Assembly (NCBI GenBank): GCA_964370335.1
Contig: CAYJIW010000001.1
Location: 121 to 64,120, forward strand
Direction of reading: 5' to 3'
Source: an uncultured Deferribacteraceae bacterium
Lineage (GTDB): Bacteria > Chrysiogenota > Deferribacteres > Deferribacterales > Mucispirillaceae
DNA: 64,000 nucleotides
The position numbers were made by a program, and so were the translations under genes. Under the pieces are notes generated by a model. That model was not told the origin of the DNA. It did no database searches and worked only from the letters and a program-made list of their open reading frames with translations. Numbering within the stretch: position 1 is the first letter of the stretch; each line of letters opens with the position of its first letter. Below, in pieces: positions 60,356-64,000 of this stretch.

Positions 60356-62101
60356 TTACGATGTTGTGTTAAATTTTTTGACCACTTCATCTAGTCCATT
60401 GATGTGGATTTTTAATGTATCCATCGCAACAGGCAAGTTGCTTGTAGCGTCAGTAACTTGTTTCGATAAATCCCTTACATTATATAGGCTTGTAGAAATC
60501 ATGTTACTAACAGAAAGTTGTTCTTCTGTAGCATATGCGATAGATGTATTAGCATCGCTAACAGTAGCAACAGAGTTTTTTATTGCGAATAGTGTTCCGC
60601 TTGCTTCCTCTAGCATATCTTTATATGAGTGTATTTTTTCAGTAGCAAATTGCAATTTTTCTGTGGATGTAAGCGCTCTATCTTGTAGTTTTTTAACAAT
60701 ATTAGATATTTCGTCAGTAGAATTTTGCGTTTTAGATGCAAGCTGTCTAACTTCGTCTGCTACAACCGCAAATCCTTTTCCTGCTTCGCCTGCTCTTGAT
60801 GCTTCTATGGCAGCATTAAGTGCCAGCAGATTAGTTTGGTTTGCAATGCCAACGATAACGCTTAGTACATGTGCAACACTATTAGCTTCATCAACTAGTA
60901 GCTGGATAGAGTGTACAACATCATCAAAATCTTTTTCAAAGTTGTTAAAGTCTGTTACAGTTTTAGAGAATATCTCAACACTGTTAGATGCATCAGTACT
61001 TACATTCTCCGTATGAGTTCTTGCGCTATTAACATTTTCAGTAATGCTTGATAGGGCAGAAATCATCTCGTCCATAGCCGCGACAATAGATTCTAGTTCG
61101 TTATTTTGGTTATCTACTATGTTATTGTTGGTATCAATAGAGCTTTTTATTTCATCAAACATTTCATAAATTTTTGTATTAGATTCATCAATTTTATCAA
61201 TAGTAGTCGAATAGCTACTTAATACGTTGTTTACGCATGAACCGATATCGGCTAGTTCGTCATGGTTCGATAAAGAAATCCTTTTTGATAAGTCATTATT
61301 TTTATCTACATTGTCAAGTGTACCATAAATAAATTTAATAGGATTAATAACACGCCTACGGATAATATAGAAACCAATTATAGCCATAAGAAAAACTATG
61401 CCTAGTATTACCATACTACTATTTGCAATAATGACAGCCCTGCCATATGAAGCAGCAACTTGGTTTTGAGTTTTCGCTTCTATATTGTTGAAGAATGTTT
61501 TTAACGGTGCCATGATTTTCGCTTTTTCGTTTTGGTACGTTTCATCATGTAGCATGTTGACGGCTTTATCAAGGGTATCTTCACGGTTGCTATTAGGATT
61601 GTTGAAGTAAGCTTCTGAAAGCTCCGCTGCTTGTAACTCAATAGCGACTAACTGTTGAGAATTGTTTGAAGATTCATCAATTAGCGCAAACTCTTCATCG
61701 GTTACGTATAGCTTTTTAAGCGCGTCAAGCAACGCTTCAGGCTCGCCCTCATCAGTTGGTCTAACGTTATAGTCAGTTACCAAGTCCCAATAGATATTAT
61801 TATAATCCATAGGTTTTGGGGCGTTACCGCTTCTAATCTCTAGTATCTCATTGTAAATCTTCATATACATTTCGTTGCCAGTGATAGCGTATAACCTCAT
61901 ATACTTTGTTAAATCATCAGAACTTTGTCTAAGCTCATCAGCAACTTGATAAGACTTGTATCTAATATCAGCAGATGTTATTACATCATCTAACGCATTT
62001 AATAAATACATAACAGATATAATACCAACCATAGCACCTATTGCAATAGCCGCAAACACAGACAACATTAGTCCATTGACTTTAATCCCTACCTTACTCA
62101 T
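60356..62101 (-). CDS. methyl-accepting chemotaxis protein
   Basis: Two TM segments flank a periplasmic domain, followed by a HAMP region. Highly conserved signalling hairpin [35 protein letters not shown]. Confidence 0.9.
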   Translation of the reverse strand: MSKVGIKVNGLMLSVFAAIAIGAMVGIISVMYLLNALDDVITSADIRYKSYQVADELRQSSDDLTKYMRLYAITGNEMYMKIYNEILEIRSGNAPKPMDYNNIYWDLVTDYNVRPTDEGEPEALLDALKKLYVTDEEFALIDESSNNSQQLVAIELQAAELSEAYFNNPNSNREDTLDKAVNMLHDETYQNEKAKIMAPLKTFFNNIEAKTQNQVAASYGRAVIIANSSMVILGIVFLMAIIGFYIIRRRVINPIKFIYGTLDNVDKNNDLSKRISLSNHDELADIGSCVNNVLSSYSTTIDKIDESNTKIYEMFDEIKSSIDTNNNIVDNQNNELESIVAAMDEMISALSSITENVNSARTHTENVSTDASNSVEIFSKTVTDFNNFEKDFDDVVHSIQLLVDEANSVAHVLSVIVGIANQTNLLALNAAIEASRAGEAGKGFAVVADEVRQLASKTQNSTDEISNIVKKLQDRALTSTEKLQFATEKIHSYKDMLEEASGTLFAIKNSVATVSDANTSIAYATEEQLSVSNMISTSLYNVRDLSKQVTDATSNLPVAMDTLKIHINGLDEVVKKFNTTS

Positions 62102-62384
62102 ACCATGCTCCTTATAAAATTATATCCAAAAGAAATTGTCTATAATACTAATATGGTGTTTGTGAACAAAAAGTAAAGTATTTTATATATTGATATTTGT
62201 AGATAGATGGGTTTATTGTTGATATTTTTCATATTTTACTTATAATTATTTATGGTTAGCGTATCAATTGTGTACAGAAAACTATAAAATATGCATTTCT
62301 TATTGTTTGTTGTTGCTAATTTAAAATAATTTTTGTATTATATAGGGCTAAACAAGATTTTATAATATTGGAGATTACATAATA

Positions 62385-63149
62385 ATGGCAAAAATCATAG
62401 CAGTAGCTAACCAAAAAGGCGGAGTAGGTAAAACTACTACATCTGTTAACGTGTCGGCATCTTTAGCACTTGCAGAGGCTCGTGTCCTATTGGTAGATTT
62501 TGACCCACAAGGCAACGCAACTAGTGGGCTAGGTTTTTCGCCTGATATGTTTGATAAAGACATATACGACGTATTAATCTCTGGTGAGCCTGTCGAAAGT
62601 GCTATTATAAAATCTGAAATTGAAGGGCTAGAGTTGTTGCCAGCTCGTATAGAGCTTAGTGCTGCTGAAGTAGAACTTATTAACGAAATATCACGTGAAA
62701 TGAAATTGAAGCGGGTACTTGCATCTGTTGCAGATAGGTATGACATTATATTAATAGACTGTCCACCATCTTTAGGGCTACTAACGGTTAATGCGTTATC
62801 AGCTGCTGATTCTGTATTGATACCATTGCAATGCGAATATTATGCAATGGAAGGTTTGGGGCAGTTGCTTAACACAATTGGCTTAATACAAGAACATCTT
62901 AATACGTCACTCAAAATTGAAGGTATTGTGTTGACAATGTTTGATAGTCGTAACAACTTATCACACGAGGTTATGAACCAAGTTAGCACACATTTTAGTA
63001 AAGAAGTATTTAAAACTGTTATACCAAGGGCGGTTGCACTTAGCGAAGCACCTAGTTACGGTAAACCGATAATATTATATCAAGCAAAGTCTAAAGGCTC
63101 AGAATGCTATATAGAACTTGCTAAAGAAATATTGGAGCGTAATAAATAG
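62385..63149 (+). CDS. parA: chromosome partitioning ATPase ParA/Soj
   Basis: Deviant Walker A ANQKGGVGKTTT and IIDCPPSLG. Confidence 0.93.
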   Translation: MAKIIAVANQKGGVGKTTTSVNVSASLALAEARVLLVDFDPQGNATSGLGFSPDMFDKDIYDVLISGEPVESAIIKSEIEGLELLPARIELSAAEVELINEISREMKLKRVLASVADRYDIILIDCPPSLGLLTVNALSAADSVLIPLQCEYYAMEGLGQLLNTIGLIQEHLNTSLKIEGIVLTMFDSRNNLSHEVMNQVSTHFSKEVFKTVIPRAVALSEAPSYGKPIILYQAKSKGSECYIELAKEILERNK

Positions 63150-64000
63150 ATGAAAAAGCCGTTAGGACGTGGGTTAGATACACTAATCCCTAGAAAAACT
63201 AATACACTGCAATCAGATGATAGGTCTAGTGGACTATTAGAACTTGATATTACAGAGATTGTCCCTAACGATAACCAACCTCGTAGGGTTTTCGATGACA
63301 TATTACTTAACGAGCTTGCAGAATCTATTAAGCTAAAAGGCGTCATTTTACCTATCATTGTTACTAAATCGAATGATGGCAAGTATATGATAGTTGAAGG
63401 TGAGCGTAGATGGCGTGCATCTGGGCTTGCAGAAAAGAAAACGATACCGGCAGTTGTTAAAAGTGTAGATACAGAAAAAGAAAGGCTTGAACTAGCATTA
63501 ATTACTAATGCTCAACGTGAGGACCTAAACGCAATAGAACTCGCTAATGCTTATAAAGAATTGATAGAAAAGCACAGCTACAGGCAAGAAGATTTAGGGC
63601 GCATAGTTGGTAAAAGTAGGGCGGCTGTATCAAATAGGTTGAGGCTTTTGACACTACCAATTGAAGTATGTAACGCTGTAGAACATAAAAAAATATCAGA
63701 AGGACATGCAAGAGCGATATTATCATTAGAAAAAGGTAACGATGCAATATCATTTTTACACACAATAATTGATAAAAAGCTTAGCGTGCGTGATGCCGAA
63801 GTGCTTGCAAAAAAAATCAATGCTGGCATTACTGAACAAGCTCCTAAGGCAAAAAAAGCTGAAAATGTTGAGTTACGTGGCATAACATCAGAGTTTGAAT
63901 CGTTTTTTATGTCAAAGGTAAATATTAAACAAAAGAATAAAGGTGGGGTTATCGAAATTAAGTATAGCTCTGACGATGAATTAGATTTAATGATTAAAAA
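63150..64000 (+). CDS. parB: chromosome partitioning protein ParB/Spo0J (3' end beyond window)
   Basis: Not in the ORF track because no stop falls in the window. My translation begins MKKPLGRGLDTLIP and contains the GERRWRA box and the HTH region QEDLGRIVGKSRAAVSNRLRLL. The ATG immediately follows the parA TAG. Confidence 0.92.
   Translation, partial: MKKPLGRGLDTLIPRKTNTLQSDDRSSGLLELDITEIVPNDNQPRRVFDDILLNELAESIKLKGVILPIIVTKSNDGKYMIVEGERRWRASGLAEKKTIPAVVKSVDTEKERLELALITNAQREDLNAIELANAYKELIEKHSYRQEDLGRIVGKSRAAVSNRLRLLTLPIEVCNAVEHKKISEGHARAILSLEKGNDAISFLHTIIDKKLSVRDAEVLAKKINAGITEQAPKAKKAENVELRGITSEFESFFMSKVNIKQKNKGGVIEIKYSSDDELDLMIK

Overview
This is an origin-proximal chromosomal segment of a low-GC, diderm (LPS-type), motile bacterium. 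I cannot place the organism from sequence alone. The left edge carries the probable last 15 codons of dnaA and an AT-rich spacer with DnaA-box-like 9-mers. A tight plus-strand block follows: dnaN-recF-gyrB-gyrA-folD-mnmE-mnmG-mnmG'-rsmG. Most of the window is housekeeping: envelope genes (lipoprotein, MltD-like, two GT9 heptosyltransferases, uppP, rlpA), hflX, metY-metX, ftsK, rnj, ispF, coaE, cca, ndk, thrC, queA, purMN, truA, def, obg, rplU-rpmA, pepA, an MCP and parA-parB. I found no rRNA, tRNA, CRISPR array, transposase or integrase. Points worth follow-up: (1) two full-length, translationally coupled mnmG paralogs after a single mnmE; (2) two perfect 16-bp parS palindromes at the mnmE/mnmG junction, about 53 kb from parAB; (3) a HEPN/MNT toxin-antitoxin pair plus an NTF2-like ORF coupled to the 3' end of hflX; (4) a loosely packed, accessory-like stretch at 25.9-34.2 kb. 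That stretch holds a small membrane-protein gene flanked by a 16-nt direct repeat, katA, about 120-bp tandem repeats, and an atypical Tat-lipoprotein DmsA-like molybdoenzyme (1125 aa) with a DmsB-like partner. The two-gene cassette has no anchor or chaperone gene and is bracketed by near-identical hairpins; an orphan RHH gene follows. (5) A solitary PglB/STT3-type oligosaccharyltransferase with all catalytic motifs overlaps pepA. (6) A receiver-domain protein carries a roughly 230-residue polyacidic segment. All functional calls come from motif recognition in the supplied translations; no database search was possible.
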